A stretch of DNA of 64,000 nt from NCBI GenBank assembly GCA_050575255.1, contig JBNZDD010013732.1, positions 19,875,986 to 19,939,985 of the forward strand, given 5' to 3'. The stretch is from Harriotta raleighana. Its lineage: Eukaryota. Shown piece after piece: positions 35,423 through 48,180 of the stretch; the first letter of the stretch is position 1; each line of letters begins with the position of its first letter. A model generated the notes under the pieces. The model saw only the letters and a list, made by a program, of their open reading frames with translations, had not been told where the DNA came from and did not search any database. Position numbers and translations under genes: made by a program.

Positions 35423-38400
35423 CCTGTTCATAAATATCACACATTCATAACCAGCAACCAGTCATCTAGAATTCTCTCTTGGGTAGATTTCTAAGAACGA
35501 TAATGTTGTAAAGTGTATGTGCATTAAATGTTGCACCAGCCAATGATTGGGCATAAAACAGGGATATATTGTATTGTTATTTAATCCCTTCTCCAACCTT
35601 AATGTGGCAACTGGCCGAATCGTTCAGAGAACACAGACAGAAATATCCAGGACCAATGGCTCACAAGCAATCAACAAGGTAAAATTACCTCATAAACAAA
35701 GTCAATTGACCACTCTTTCCTGTTCTGAAATTACCACAGAGTCTCGGTGTTTCACAGCATAAAACATTTCAAGGTCTATAAGAATTTCTCCTTGTGCGCA
35801 ATAACTAACAATAATCCTTGCATTTGATATTGCGCCTTATTACACGCCACTCCTAAACCTATGCCAGGTTGGACTCCAGTGGAGTTGGAAACATTTGGTG
35901 TGTTACCCGTCAGTTCTTCCCTGTTTGCTTGTGGTTTGAGCGAAATAACAAATGATAACAACTTGCATTTATATAGAGACCCTCTCACAGGGAGAAAAGT
36001 GCCAAATATAAAGAGAGGTTGAGACACTTTAACCTTCTGCCCATTCATCAAACACTTCAAGCACTGGGGACCTACTAAAAGTAATGGAAGAAGCTGTTCT
36101 GTGAGTGTGGACATGGGCATTGATGGATATAATATAACTCTGAAAGTGCACAGATAACATGCCATCACAAATGTATGGAGGTAATGGGTCTTATCCTAAA
36201 CAAACGACAGGAGACAAATCTGTTCGCAAATTTTTAGTCATGAGTCAAGAATAAAATTCACACGATGTTCCTCTCCGTTAAAAGCTGGATTTACATCTTA
36301 ATTTGGACATAAATAGTGGAGGAATGCTTGCTGTTAGGCTCATTATTTTATACTACGGTAACCTTTCTTAATCTCAGAAGTCTCTTCACTGAGTGATGAA
36401 GTGCTCGTTTTGGTTTACCTGTGTAGGTCTGGTTAATCAAGCAGCACCCACTGCCTGAATACAGATGTGCGTGAGAACTTTCAACTCCCCACGAATAAAC
36501 ACTGCTCTAAGAAAAATAGATGTGCCACACAGACAGCGAGAAAAGAAGAATGAGCGAGAAAGGGGAATTATCCAGGTAACAGACAATTACAGGAAATTGT
36601 GGAAACCCGCAGGGAGTGAAGGAGGGACTGGCTGCTGTTTAAATTCTCCTGTTGCTGTTTCCCACTGAAAACACTGCAGAGGAAATGAGTCAATTTTCAC
36701 TCATTGAACCCTGGAGCAGGAGGAGGAGCATTTGAAAACATTTGGAAGAGCAACATCTATTACCAGAGAGTCATACACTCAACCTGATCACACTCTCTTT
36801 TAATGCAGCTACAGACCACACAGAAAGCGCTATCTGTTCATCTCTATCTAAGTAGCATGCACCTGAATTGGCACCAATTGATCATTTTTTTTGGGGGGGA
36901 AGGTATTTTCTGTGTCATACTGACACTTTACCAGACTGAAAGGCATTCAAAGGCAATGCCACGTTCTATCAACCTTATCCCACCAACCTACTGGACAAGT
37001 GCAGCTCTCCCAGGGGAGGTGAAAAGCGATTTGATGCTTCTCAGTAACTGCTGAGATTGAGAAGTCTAATTAGATCAGCACAAACCTGCTTCTTTCTTCG
37101 ACTCTGACCCCGTATTGCAAAATGCTATCAGATGTTAAACTACGTGAAGGATGTTATATAAATGTGAGATGTTATTGACAGATCTACAATGTTGGCCTTC
37201 TTTAATGGGCTGGAATTTCTGAACAAACCTGAACAAAAAGATTCATACACACATTTCCAACACAGCAGATCTGGCTCAACGCAGCCTCTTGGTCATTTTT
37301 CCATCCTTTAATGTCTTCTCCCCACCCATCCATTTAATGCCACATTTCCTACAGGGAACATTGCTGAGAGGCTATTCTTTGTTTCCACTGTGGCCAATCA
37401 CCAATCCTGTTCCAGATCCTGCCATGTCCACAAACTAAAATATCCTCCCTTTCCGAGGAGGAAAACTAGGATACCCCCGGGGAAAAGTCAACAGCACTGA
37501 TCACACACAGCATGTTTGAGCACTGAGTGATTCTGAGGGCCCGAACACTTTCCCACTGGACAAAGAACACACCCAGGCGATGCATAGAATCCATGTCAGC
37601 TACTTAGAGGTGCAATTTACCTACTGCAACCAAATGAACTTGGGACCTGAGAGTAAACATTGTGAGTTCATAACCGGGCTCCATCAAGTGAAGAGGCATG
37701 ATCCCTTTTCATAGGCACAACCAACACAATAAACTAGATCTATGCTTTGTCGTTATTTCTTGTTCTGTCTCTCAAAGGGTGTTGGATATTTTATTACTGT
37801 AATCTTGTTACTGAGGCCCTTCCTTTAAATCAGGTCAATTTTTGCGAATGCCTGAAATTGACAAACAGCTCATTGGCATGGAGTGCTGTGGCTTTAAAAT
37901 TTCACAACATTTATTACTTCCATGGTAGGGAAAGGTTCCAATGAAAACCCAATTTCACTGATCCACAGCGACATCAGATCAGCACGATATCTTTGAAACA
38001 CGATACGCCTATGTGTAGTAAAAGGGCTCCGTTTTTGCAAATATTTTATTAATCTGTCCATTGTTTTATGAAAATATGTAGACTTTATGCTGTGCGACAG
38101 CCTGGATCTTTGAAGAGGCAGAAGTGACAAAAATGACAAGATAATGTGTTTATAATTCAGAGATACATTACAGCAGAAAAGTTGTTATCTCTCAGTTCAC
38201 AGAACGGTCACAATTGTAGATGTCAGCTCAGCAGCACAAACACAGAGAACAAAGGAGCTCACAGGGTGGTTCCAAAAAGATCTGAGGGTCTCCACCAACA
38301 TCTGAAAGAATTCATCTCACACCAGCCAGGGAAACAGTCTACACAGCAGCAGAGAACTTAGAAGAAATACTTTACAGAATTCAGTCAGCCTTTTTGTATA

Positions 38401-38439
38401 CACTATTTATCTATATATATATATATATATATACAGTAT

Positions 38440-38568
38440 NNNNNNNNNNNNNNNNNNNNNNNNNNNNNNNNNNNNNNNNNNNNNNNNNNNNNNNNNNNNN
38501 NNNNNNNNNNNNNNNNNNNNNNNNNNNNNNNNNNNNNNNNNNNNNNNNNNNNNNNNNNNNNNNNNNNN
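38440..38568. other. Assembly gap (129 N) in (TA)n tract
   Basis: Run of N flanked by atatacagtat on both sides. Confidence 0.98.
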
Positions 38569-39221
38569 ATATACAGTATGAAAATCAGTCAAGTCATTCA
38601 AATTGAATTGTCTATGCAGCTTTTAATAGATAGCATCTATACCATTTTGCCAACATGCCTATGGAGCAGTAGAGTTGTCATTTTAGTCTGTTTCCAAAGC
38701 AATATATTCATACCCCAACCCCACCCCCAATTCTCATTGAAACACAGTGAAAGACTGGACTTTGCCAACTTTCTCGATGAATCATCACAGACACCCCATC
38801 TGAAAAGCTTGGACAAAAGAATCCAAACAAGCAGTCCGGTTCACTTACTGAGTAATGCAATTGGCTGTAGTGGATGTAATACATCCATCACTATTCTTTT
38901 TCAACAGATAAGTGGTGGTTGGACTGGAGGGGGGGGGGCTGGATTAAAATGGGAATAAATGGAAAGGGTAATCGTCACTGGTGTAAATGTTGAAGAATGC
39001 GGGACATAAACAGCACTGAAATGAAAAACCTACTTAAAAAGGATTCTGTCAATAACTGTTAGATACTAACCTTGTCCTGTTCACTGCCTTTGTGCATAGA
39101 TGCACTTGCAGTGTTAAGAGGGTAAAAATAGCTGCAAATGGAAGAATAATCAATGCAGAGCCAAACACATTAACGCAGACAAATCATCAGAGGCTACAAA
39201 TGGAATGTCGGTCTTCCTCAG

Positions 39222-39292
39222 ATACATAGATATAAATATAAATATATATATATATATAGATATATAAATATCTATATATATATAGATCAGAT
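39222..39292. repeat. (AT)n / (ATAG)n compound microsatellite
   Basis: gatacatagatataaatataaatatatatatatatatagatatataaatatctatatata. Confidence 0.85.
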
Positions 39293-39808
39293 AGAAAGGG
39301 AGACACACACACATCAATTTAAATTCAAGCTTACCCTTCTGTTTAAATTGAAAATGCTACATTGTGCTGTGAAAAGACAGGCTTGCTCTCAGGCTCATTT
39401 CTCCAATGAAGCAACACAGGGCAAAAATGGTACAGATGTTGCTCGGCTGCCATGGCATTTCCATCTGCATGTAAACAAGCTACTCGAGCACATTTCCTCC
39501 AAATCCATTTACACAGCGTGATTTCCCCCAAAGGTGGGCTTGAGTTTTATCTATGAAAAGCGGCATTGCCCACTCGATTGCAATCCGATCAGCTTTGCAC
39601 GTCTGATCTGCTCTGCTACATCCTGCTCCCATTTTCCAACAAACTGCAGTTTCTTGGGGACACTGAGGTTGTTACATTTGACCTCAGTCCTAATTCTTCA
39701 GGTACACACCAAAGGACTGCACCTCAGGACTGTTTGGTATGACTGCAAGAACACCATTGTATAAGACCTGATATGTTGTTCTTAAAGGAAATCAAACTAT
39801 CCAGATGT

Positions 39809-40097
39809 GGAGTCCTGTAGATTATTAGAGTATGCACGTCGCAAGAGTGAGGATCTGGGTTTGATTCCCAAGTGGAGCAGAACTTTAGGCAAATTTCCTT
39901 ACTCGACACACCTCTGTTTATTTGTATTTCTGTTGCTCAGTGGTTAAGACCATCACAAAAAAATTGGTCACCGAATCCACAACTGTTTGTGGTACACTGC
40001 TGTGTGCAATAGGCTACTGCAGTTTGTCTACAAAATATGAAATCAATTCACTTGACTTTGTGAAGCTCTTTAAGACTTCTCAACGACACGATAAGGC
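39809..40097 (+). mobile_element. Diverged full-length tRNA-derived Deu-SINE
   Basis: ggagtcctgtag..ttagag..gcaagagtgaggatctgggtttgattccc, ggcaaatttccttactc, aactgtttgtggtacactgctgtgtgcaat, tail gcactatatcaaatgcaagg. Confidence 0.75.
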
Positions 40098-40116
40098 ACT
40101 ATATCAAATGCAAGGA

Positions 40117-40340
40117 TAGAATCATCGAATTATACAGCACAGAAAGAGGCCATTTGGCTCATCAAGTCTGTGCCGGCTCCTTTAAAAGAGCTGTCAAAAT
40201 CAATCCCACTTCCACTGAATTCTCCCCAATAGCCCCGCAAACTTCTCCCAAATAACTATCCTCTTCTCTCTTAAAAGTTATTATTGAATCAGCCTCCACC
40301 ACCCTTTCAAGCAATGTATTCCAGATCCGAACAACTCAGA
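40117..40340 (-). mobile_element. CR1/L3 LINE 3' end
   Basis: tagaatcatcgaattatacagcacagaaagaggccatttggctcatcaagtctgtgccggctc...ttattgaatcagcctccaccaccctttc..ttccagatc. Confidence 0.8.
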
Positions 40341-41379
40341 TTATTATTATTATTATTATCATAATAATTAGATGTGTTGACTGGAAAAGGGCAAGTGTAT
40401 GAGTGTGGTGTAGGATAAGATGAGGCTTAGCTTTAAGGTCTCACTGCTGAATAACTTCCAAATATTGATTGACTTGCCTTCCTTATAAACACTGGCCACT
40501 GGGCAAGACGTGTGGCGGGGGGGGGGGGGCGGAGGAATAGAGGGTGAGGAGGGAGGGAGGGTGAGGGATTAGAGGGAGGGGTGTGGTGTGGGAGAAAGGC
40601 AGGAAAAGGAAACCAACAGCACCAGTGAAACTATGACCATTAAAGCATTAGCATGGACAGAATTTGAAGCTTCCAAGCCAGATATTTCTCTCATAAACTC
40701 CACCCATCGCATCGCCAAAATAATTCCTAAATTACAACAAGAAAAAAGATTAGAACAGGCTTGTGTTCCACAGCACACACTTGAGCTGCTGATGCAATGA
40801 GTTTAAATACTGGCCAAAATGTTCCTTTAACACGCTTTTAAGCGTAAAATTTACATCATAATAATAAGTGGCCGGAGCCACATGACAGTTGGTGAAATCT
40901 CCTCACAAAGAATCTCTCTCTCACTTTTTTTCCGAAACGTTTGTTAAAAAAACAAGTCCTCTGTTTACTTCCTTAGTTTCCACATGACACTGTTGGAGAG
41001 CAGTGAGGGTTGCTGCCAGGAAACGCCAAGACTTCCAGGAAAGCCAGCTTTCCGAGTGCGGCTCCAAGTGCTGGATTCAGAGCAGGAAAACTGAGCCTCA
41101 TTGTTTAAACCATCTGCAGCATTACTTCTGTATGTGTGTGTGGTGTAGGGGGAGGGGTGATCTGCGCTATGAAAAGAGCCAGTAACTGAAGCACTGATTA
41201 TGTTGGGAGATATGCTCAGGCACATTCACAGGAGGACTGAAGGAATGTGTACAGGAAGCTCTTTCAAACATGTCAAAACAGGTTTTGCTGCTTGCTGGTT
41301 GTGCAGGAGATTCAAAGTGTGAAGCAGTCTGCGCAGAACTCCCAACAACTGTACAGGCAATGAGAAAATTCCACCTTAC

Positions 41380-41525
41380 ATTACATAGAATTAAATAGAC
41401 TACGCATCACAGAAACAGGCCATTCAGCCCAACTGGTCCAATCCGGCATTTATGGTCCACATGAACCTCCTCTTGCCCTTCCTCAACTAAGGTTATCAGC
41501 ACAACCTTCTATTCCTTTCTCTCTT
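41380..41525 (-). mobile_element. CR1/L3 LINE 3' end
   Basis: acatagaatt...cacagaaacaggccattcagcccaactggtcca...ttctattcctttctc. Confidence 0.72.
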
Positions 41526-41756
41526 ATTGTTTGCCAATGGATTGTCAATGTGTTCCTCTCTGCCAGTGTGTGAAATGGGCATCTAATTACAACATCGCTG
41601 CTTTCTTGCTATTCTGTTGCATCAAGCGCTAAATAATTGCTTGCTAGCACTGGGTTTGGTTTGTGCTTGTGGGTGTGTGTAAGTGGGGGGATACCACGTG
41701 CCGCAGCGTCAGACATGTCTATATTTATTTACCAGCCTAGTTCAGGCTATTATTTG

Positions 41757-41900
41757 ACAATCCTTGCATTTGATATAACATCTTATAACACTGTCAAAGG
41801 ATTTGATGTAAAGTGTAGTGACTGTATTTTGTAAGAAAACATGAAAGCCAATTTGTGAATAGCATCAACCCACAAACAGCCATGAAATGAACGACCGATC
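41757..41900 (-). mobile_element. Deu-SINE 3' fragment
   Basis: atccttgcatttgatataacatcttat...gccaatttgtg..cccacaaacagccatg. Confidence 0.65.
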
Positions 41901-42689
41901 GACTTGGCTCTTTCAGCTTTTGAAGGTGTAAAGCCAGTGGCGGCTTTTGCACTCTCACACCATACTGCCTCTCAGCAGAGAAACGCTTCTTTTGTGGTGC
42001 ATTTAGTGTTTCACGCTGCCATCAGCAAGCGATGAGCCAGACGCACAAATTAGCTGGTGACTCACGCTAATCCCTTCAACACACAAGATGAATTGTAGAC
42101 TCGTCTCGACTTCAAATCAAAACTCGTGGCCGAGTGGAAAATATAAGCAGAGTAATTGAGCCCAACTTATTTTAAACGTGATCCAATTATTTGTATAATC
42201 TACTGTGTGATTACTGATTCAAATGAGTTTCTTCCACTTTGTCCAATTGGTCACCTTTTGTCCAGCTTCATGCTGGAAGGAATCCCTCTGCAATGAGTGC
42301 AATTATATTCACTGTAACCTCAAACCCACTTAGCATGAGGAGGGAAGGGGGGAGGGGTGTGAGAAAGAACACTAATATTAATGCTTTATGGATTACATGA
42401 TAGACCTCTACAGTGAGGCAGATCGTTGCGTCCCCACTGCTCCAGACTACTCGAGTGATGAAACATGATAAGAACCTCGACCTGGCCACTGACAGTAAGG
42501 TGTGTAAAAAGCACTAAATAGCAACTCTGTTAGGGGAAGGAGATATGCTCATTTTCATCAAAATGGTGTCTTGAGCAACAAGTGCTTCGAAAAACGGATT
42601 TGTATGCTGGGAAAGGACTGGTGCATTCAACTCCATCCTGGGTGAATTGCAGCACTTGAGGGTCAAGCACTTCAGAAACCAAGGGAACA

Positions 42690-43100
42690 ATTGGAAATAA
42701 TTTGCCTCTTGAGGTAGAAGTTTGTGGGTTCAAGCCCCAAGTTACGACTTAGGACTCAGTTCAGGCTGACACTCCAGCAAGGTGCTGGAGGAATGCTGTT
42801 GTTGTCATAGCTGATGCCCTTTAGAGGAAATGTTAAACCGAGGTCCAATCTATCTTTTAGGCGTAAGGAATTGGCCCTGTTCGACAATAGAAAAAATGCC
42901 TCCAGTGTCCTGACTAATAATCCCCCCAAGTAAAATTGATCACTCACTTCATGGCTGTTTATGATACACTGCTATGTGCAAATTGGCTGTTAGATTGACT
43001 AACAAAACACCTGTCATTGCATTTCACAACAAATCATGTGAAGTGCTTTGAGACATTCTCCCAACTTGAAGGGCACTTCTTAAATGTAAGGATTATTAAT
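42690..43100 (+). mobile_element. Old Deu-domain SINE, near full length
   Basis: gaagtttgtgggttcaagcccc head, caggctgacactccag, aatgttaaaccgaggtcc, atggctgtttatgatacactgctatgtgcaaattggctg, tail gtgaagtgctttgagacatt. Confidence 0.75.
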
Positions 43101-45571
43101 ATTTCTATTTTCTCAAGCATTCTTTCTTGGTTGGCATCACAGTTCTGACTGCCTGGCCAAGAGAGATTCGTGGATAATGTGAGGCACAAGGAAGAGGAAA
43201 AGAACAAGCCGATTAACAAGGCTATGTTGACAAAATGGGCATAATGCTACTTCAACAATGGGATGTCAGGACAAAAGGCCATTAGACAATATATTGACTG
43301 GTTTATATAGGAAATATTGGAAGAACAGTCACAAGTAGACACACCTAGCACAATTAAATGGCTTCAGTCTTCATTGAAAAAGTGTTTGACAAACCTTTGT
43401 TTGCTTGCCAAATACTGCAAAGCAATGACATGTTGTCACGTGGCATGTGTGGAAATCACAATGAAAATGGTGCGCAGCTGTCTCTTTCTCTCTCTCTCTT
43501 TCCTCCTCCCTAGACCACCGCCCCTCACCGCCTCTCCCCTCCCCACAATAACTCCATCGGCAGGCAGTTCTGCAATCACAAACGCTTCTCAGAATTTGTA
43601 ACATGGCAAAGTGCTCACAAACCGCACAAGCTGAAAGCACACTCAGTGCTTGGAAGGGATGAACTTGTGGCGTGCATCCTTCCCTCCTCTGAATCCCTGA
43701 ACAAAGAATTTAATAACAAAGAAATGATCATTTCAGCGTGACCTTCACTTCACCTCGCAGAACTGGAATACAGAAGAATTAAAAAGATTTGATCAGACTC
43801 CGATTACCAGCTTTATTCTAGGCCAGCGCACAATAATTGCATGCGTTCCAAATCACTGACCTACTTTCTTCACACATACACAAGCTACTCTAAACGGAGT
43901 GAATTTAGTAGCACTGCCATTGCTCCGGGTGACCTGCTTATTGTATTTATGTAACACTGCTACATCAGTGGGTTGAGGAACCACGGAACTGAGCACTTCT
44001 GCCCCAGTAGAGACAAACACTTCCACTCCAATACCCCCTCTCCTCTGAGCTCTACATGACCAGAGAGAATTTGCCACTGCAGTAAAAGAAAGTGCATTTG
44101 ATAAAATATGCATTTTTTAATATATAAAATAAAGGCTCCTCCCCCTGTCGTTGTCCCATTATCTTTTACTCAGGAAATGACAGTTATTTTGGACAATCTT
44201 GGGAGAGCGCAGAAGAGCTCTTAATTTCAAGAAGGTTTGGAAAGGATTTGGCCTTTTTAATATGTTTGTGGTCGGAGCTTTTCAAGAGGGTGGGAGGCAG
44301 CCGTTTCTCTATCTCAGTCCCAAGAGGTTCTGCCAAGGATTTTCTGTCTGTTTTTACAAAAGAAAATTGATGTTGGAATTATTCAGCAACCACAAACGGT
44401 TGTTATAGCTCCTTGGCTGTGCTGTATCAGGTATGAGGGGACAATCTTAGAAGGAAGCTCCCCTCCCCCTACCCTATCAGTCCCTATAAAGCACAGTCAG
44501 GGAAACAGGATCACACAGGGTATGGAGAATGTTCTTTGTATGGTCCACAAGTTACAACGTACAAATTGTTACATACCGTGAAATTAAAGGGACTGAAGGA
44601 AATGTAAAACCCAAACATCATTGCACATTGTTTTCCTGTTTCACTTTAGGGACTTGGATCTGAAACCAGTCAGACAACAACAACAAATAAACTCTCCTCC
44701 TTCTCAACCACCCTTAAAGGATCAGTGTTCATTAATCTGAAATCTCTGGCTGCACAATCACAAATACAAATGTTGGGAGGTGAAAAGGGGAGATGCCAGC
44801 AAAAGAGATACTGTATACAGTACTAAGTAATGGTTTAGATCAAGTACATGCATGCAGGCATAACTGAAATTAATCCAAGAATATATGACTAGATGAGGGA
44901 ATGGGTATTTGAGCAACGTAACTTTAGTACATATATCTGGAAAAATGTCTTTACGCTAAGGGAGTTATTCTACAAAGGTGCATGCCCTGTAGAGGGTTCA
45001 TTAATGGTGGCTATCAACTATTCTCCCCCATTGGCTCGTTGTGCTAATTTGCCCCTGTGTACTTAAAAATAATCTCCAGAGCAATTTTAATAGTGTAATT
45101 CCATTTCACATATTTAAGGTAATTTATGCTTTTAAAATTATGTTTTTATTTATAATGGCATAGAGACAAATCCATGCAGCATTCATAATGGGGAGAACAG
45201 CACCGAGCCCACATCAATGAATGCACTTCCCAAAGCAGAATTACCCCCAAAGAGTGATAATTGTTTGGAATAATTCACGGAGGGAGACAAGATTGGCAGA
45301 ACATTGGGGTTATTCAAAATATAATTACATGCCCTGATGGGAGCACTAACTGTGTGCTGGGGGATGAGCTCCAATGTGTTGTTTGGCTCAAGGGTTAAGA
45401 AAAACCAAGTAACAGTGGCATAATGAGCCTGCTGGTGTCCTGTGCAGAATATGTCTATGTTCTATGATTAGAAGTGACAGGTTTATGGAAATGTTGCATG
45501 GTTAACATTTACTTTAAGGGAAACTGCACATTTAAGAACTGTGTTGGGAGTCATCTTGACAGAAGAGATAC

Positions 45572-45688
45572 AATAATAATAATATTAGTCCTTCCATTTG
45601 ATATAACGCTTTTTACATCTTCTGGACGTCTCAAAGCGCTTTACAGAATATACCTAAAGTGAATTGACTGTATATTTGTGGGCGAATG
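45572..45688 (-). mobile_element. Deu-SINE 3' fragment
   Basis: aataataataat...catttgatataacgcttttacatcttctggacgtctcaaagcgctttacagaatatacctaaagtgaattgactgtatatttgtgggcgaa. Confidence 0.8.
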
Positions 45689-45819
45689 ACCAATGACCGG
45701 AGTGAAAGTGGCTTCCATTGTTTTAGTTTCATAGGTATCACAATAATGGAAGGAACTATAAACCTATTGTCACTGGGATGAAGGTTTCAATTGGGGTGCC
45801 AGGGCTTCCTTAGGTTAGT

Positions 45820-46312
45820 AATCCAGAAAGATCCAGAACTCTGTAGGTCGTGTCGTCTCCCGCAGCAGGCTCCATGACCGCATCACACCCACTCTCGGCG
45901 GCTCCACTGACTTCCCATCCCTCAGAGAATCGAATTCAAGATTCTCGTCCTTACCTTCAAAGCCCTCCATGGCATCGCCCTCTCCTACCTTGCCAAACCT
46001 TATCAATCTGAGCGCTTCCTCCAATAAGTAGACTTTGGCCTGCTCCATGTCCCCCGTCCGGCCCACCCTACCATCGGCAGTCGGGCCTTCAAGCCCCCTG
46101 TCCTCATCTTCTGGAACTCCATCCCATTTCCTCAATGCCTCTCTTGCCTCCTTCAATGCACGCCTCAAGACCCCCCTCGTCGACCGTGCCTACCATCTCT
46201 ACTCTCCACCTTCCGAACCCACCATCACTCAGGTTCTAATCCCTGACTGTTCAACATTTTAGGACATCATCCGAATGTGAAAGGCGCTTTACAAATGAAC
46301 TTTGGTATTGTG
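45820..46312 (+). mobile_element. L2 LINE 3' end (ORF2 C-terminus + 3' tail)
   Basis: IQNSVGRVV...HDRITP, IEFKILVLTFKALHGIALSYL, AVGPSSP..LWNS decayed L2 motifs; ends ttaggacatcatccgaatgtgaaaggcgctttacaaatgaactttggtattg. Confidence 0.85.
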
Positions 46313-47169
46313 TTGCAATGTATTAGAAAGTTCTGTGTTTTTAAGTTCTATATGCAGTACTCAGAATAGAAAACGCAGTGTAGAACAAAAGCTTTGAAGT
46401 AGAAATAAGTTTAATATAGAAGGCAAGTCCTGAAGTTATATTTGGTTTTGGATGTCTTGTGGGTTAATCAGTAACTACTTCAAAGAAGAACTGTTTTGAA
46501 ATAACTCATCAGAAAAGAGGAGTCAGTGAAAGGATAAGAGCTTGAAAGCAAGCTCTCTCCATTCCCAGAAGAAACACATTGTGTCCAGAATCATGGTTAC
46601 CAGATACAACTGGGCAGTTATAAACAAAATTACAGCAGTTTGTGCATAAACTGCCTGCTGCTTGACTTCCAGCACCTTGGTACATGCTCCCACCTTGAAA
46701 GGCGCTGTGTACAAATGTAATTTTGTATTGCCGTTGCCTACAAAATGTACTGTTCTACATTTTACAGTGAATCCGGTGAATTGTTTTGAGACCTTCTCCT
46801 GATGTGAAATAACAAATGGAAGGATTATTATTACTATTATTTTTCCAAATTCTTGTTTTATATTACAACTCAGGTTACTTTATTGGGTGAATTTGTAAAA
46901 AAAAAATTGCACTCAGCATCCTATTCACTACATAACCCACAGCCAGCCCTCTCACTGACAGCTTTCGTTCTAAATTGGTTGACTCCTGAGAAATCATTTA
47001 AGTGCACTGTGATCCCATCTTGCATGAAGGGAACTGTGTAAATACAAGTTGTTGTTATCATCAGGTGGTCACTTCCTGCTTGGCTGGATATGCACAGCTG
47101 GCATGATCACCATGAAAGATAAAAACTAAAGTAATAAACGACAGTCCAGTGGGTAAAGGCACCATCCAA

Positions 47170-47510
47170 AGCAGCACTGGTCCATACAGGTTAGCAAATC
47201 ACGGGAAAAAATCCCAGTCTGTGTTGAGTTAGATGATTTTAGCCTTGATGACATTTGACCTGAGCTTCCCCGAGGTTAGGGAGAGAAGAATCAGTCAATC
47301 CTCTGCTTCTGGTAACTATCCAGAGACCCCCTGCTGGAAGGTATATATATTTGTTTGTGTCAGTGTGTGTCTTTTTGTTTGTGTGAGGGTGTGAGAGAGA
47401 ATGTCAGACAAGACAAGACTCCACTGTGATGCCCCATGTGGTTCAGAAAGTCGACCGACACCCATTCAGGCAGGGACTAAAAGGTACCATGGAACCATAC
47501 CCCAGTGGAA
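47170..47510 (+). mobile_element. AmnSINE2-like ancient SINE
   Basis: ccatacagg, cccagtctgtgttgagttagatgattttagcc, ggttagggagagaagaatcagtca, ctatccagagacccctgctggaag, ctgtgatgcccc, catggaaccataccccag. Confidence 0.6.
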
Positions 47511-47974
47511 CAGAATCTGATTCCAAGCAATTTCTGTCATAGCAGAGAACTATTCAATTTCAGGAGAGTTGTACAACACAACTTACTTTTCAAATAAATC
47601 GCAACAACTCTGAAAGTGAAATTGGTTTGAGTGATAATTAACTGTCATTTAATTAACTCTGTATCTAGTTGACTTCTTGTCACTGACTAAAACCTCACTT
47701 GAATTGCCTGTATTTTTTTTTAAAGTTATCAGTCTTAGTGACACTAAGTGGAACTTTGTTACCAGTGACTATTATTATAAAACTAGTTTCCTTCATTTCA
47801 GTGGGTGATAATCTAAATGTTCATCAACTGAACACACGATAAGAGAGATGTGGCCAATCATTGTTGTAATAAGATGTGACTTCACAGAGACTAAGTGAAT
47901 GGCTGGGCCGAAGCAATGTGGTATTAGATCCTCTGAAACACACACAAACACACACAACACCCAATTATGTCAGA

Positions 47975-48180
47975 GGCAGAGTGAAAAAGAGAGAGAATTG
48001 GGGAGACACAGGTGAAAGAGAGTATAGATAGCAGTTGAAAAGGTGGGAGTAGAAAGTAAGGGAGAAAACAAGGAGAGCTAAAGGAAGAAGAGAAAGGAGC
48101 AAAGAGGAAGAAAAGGAGAGAGGAGAGAGAAAGAAAATGAGAAAGAAAGAATGAAAGAGACACAGAGACAAAGAAATCTG
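47975..48180. repeat. Purine-rich (GA) low-complexity tract
   Basis: gagaaaacaaggagagctaaaggaagaagagaaaggagcaaagaggaagaaaaggagagagg. Confidence 0.75.
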
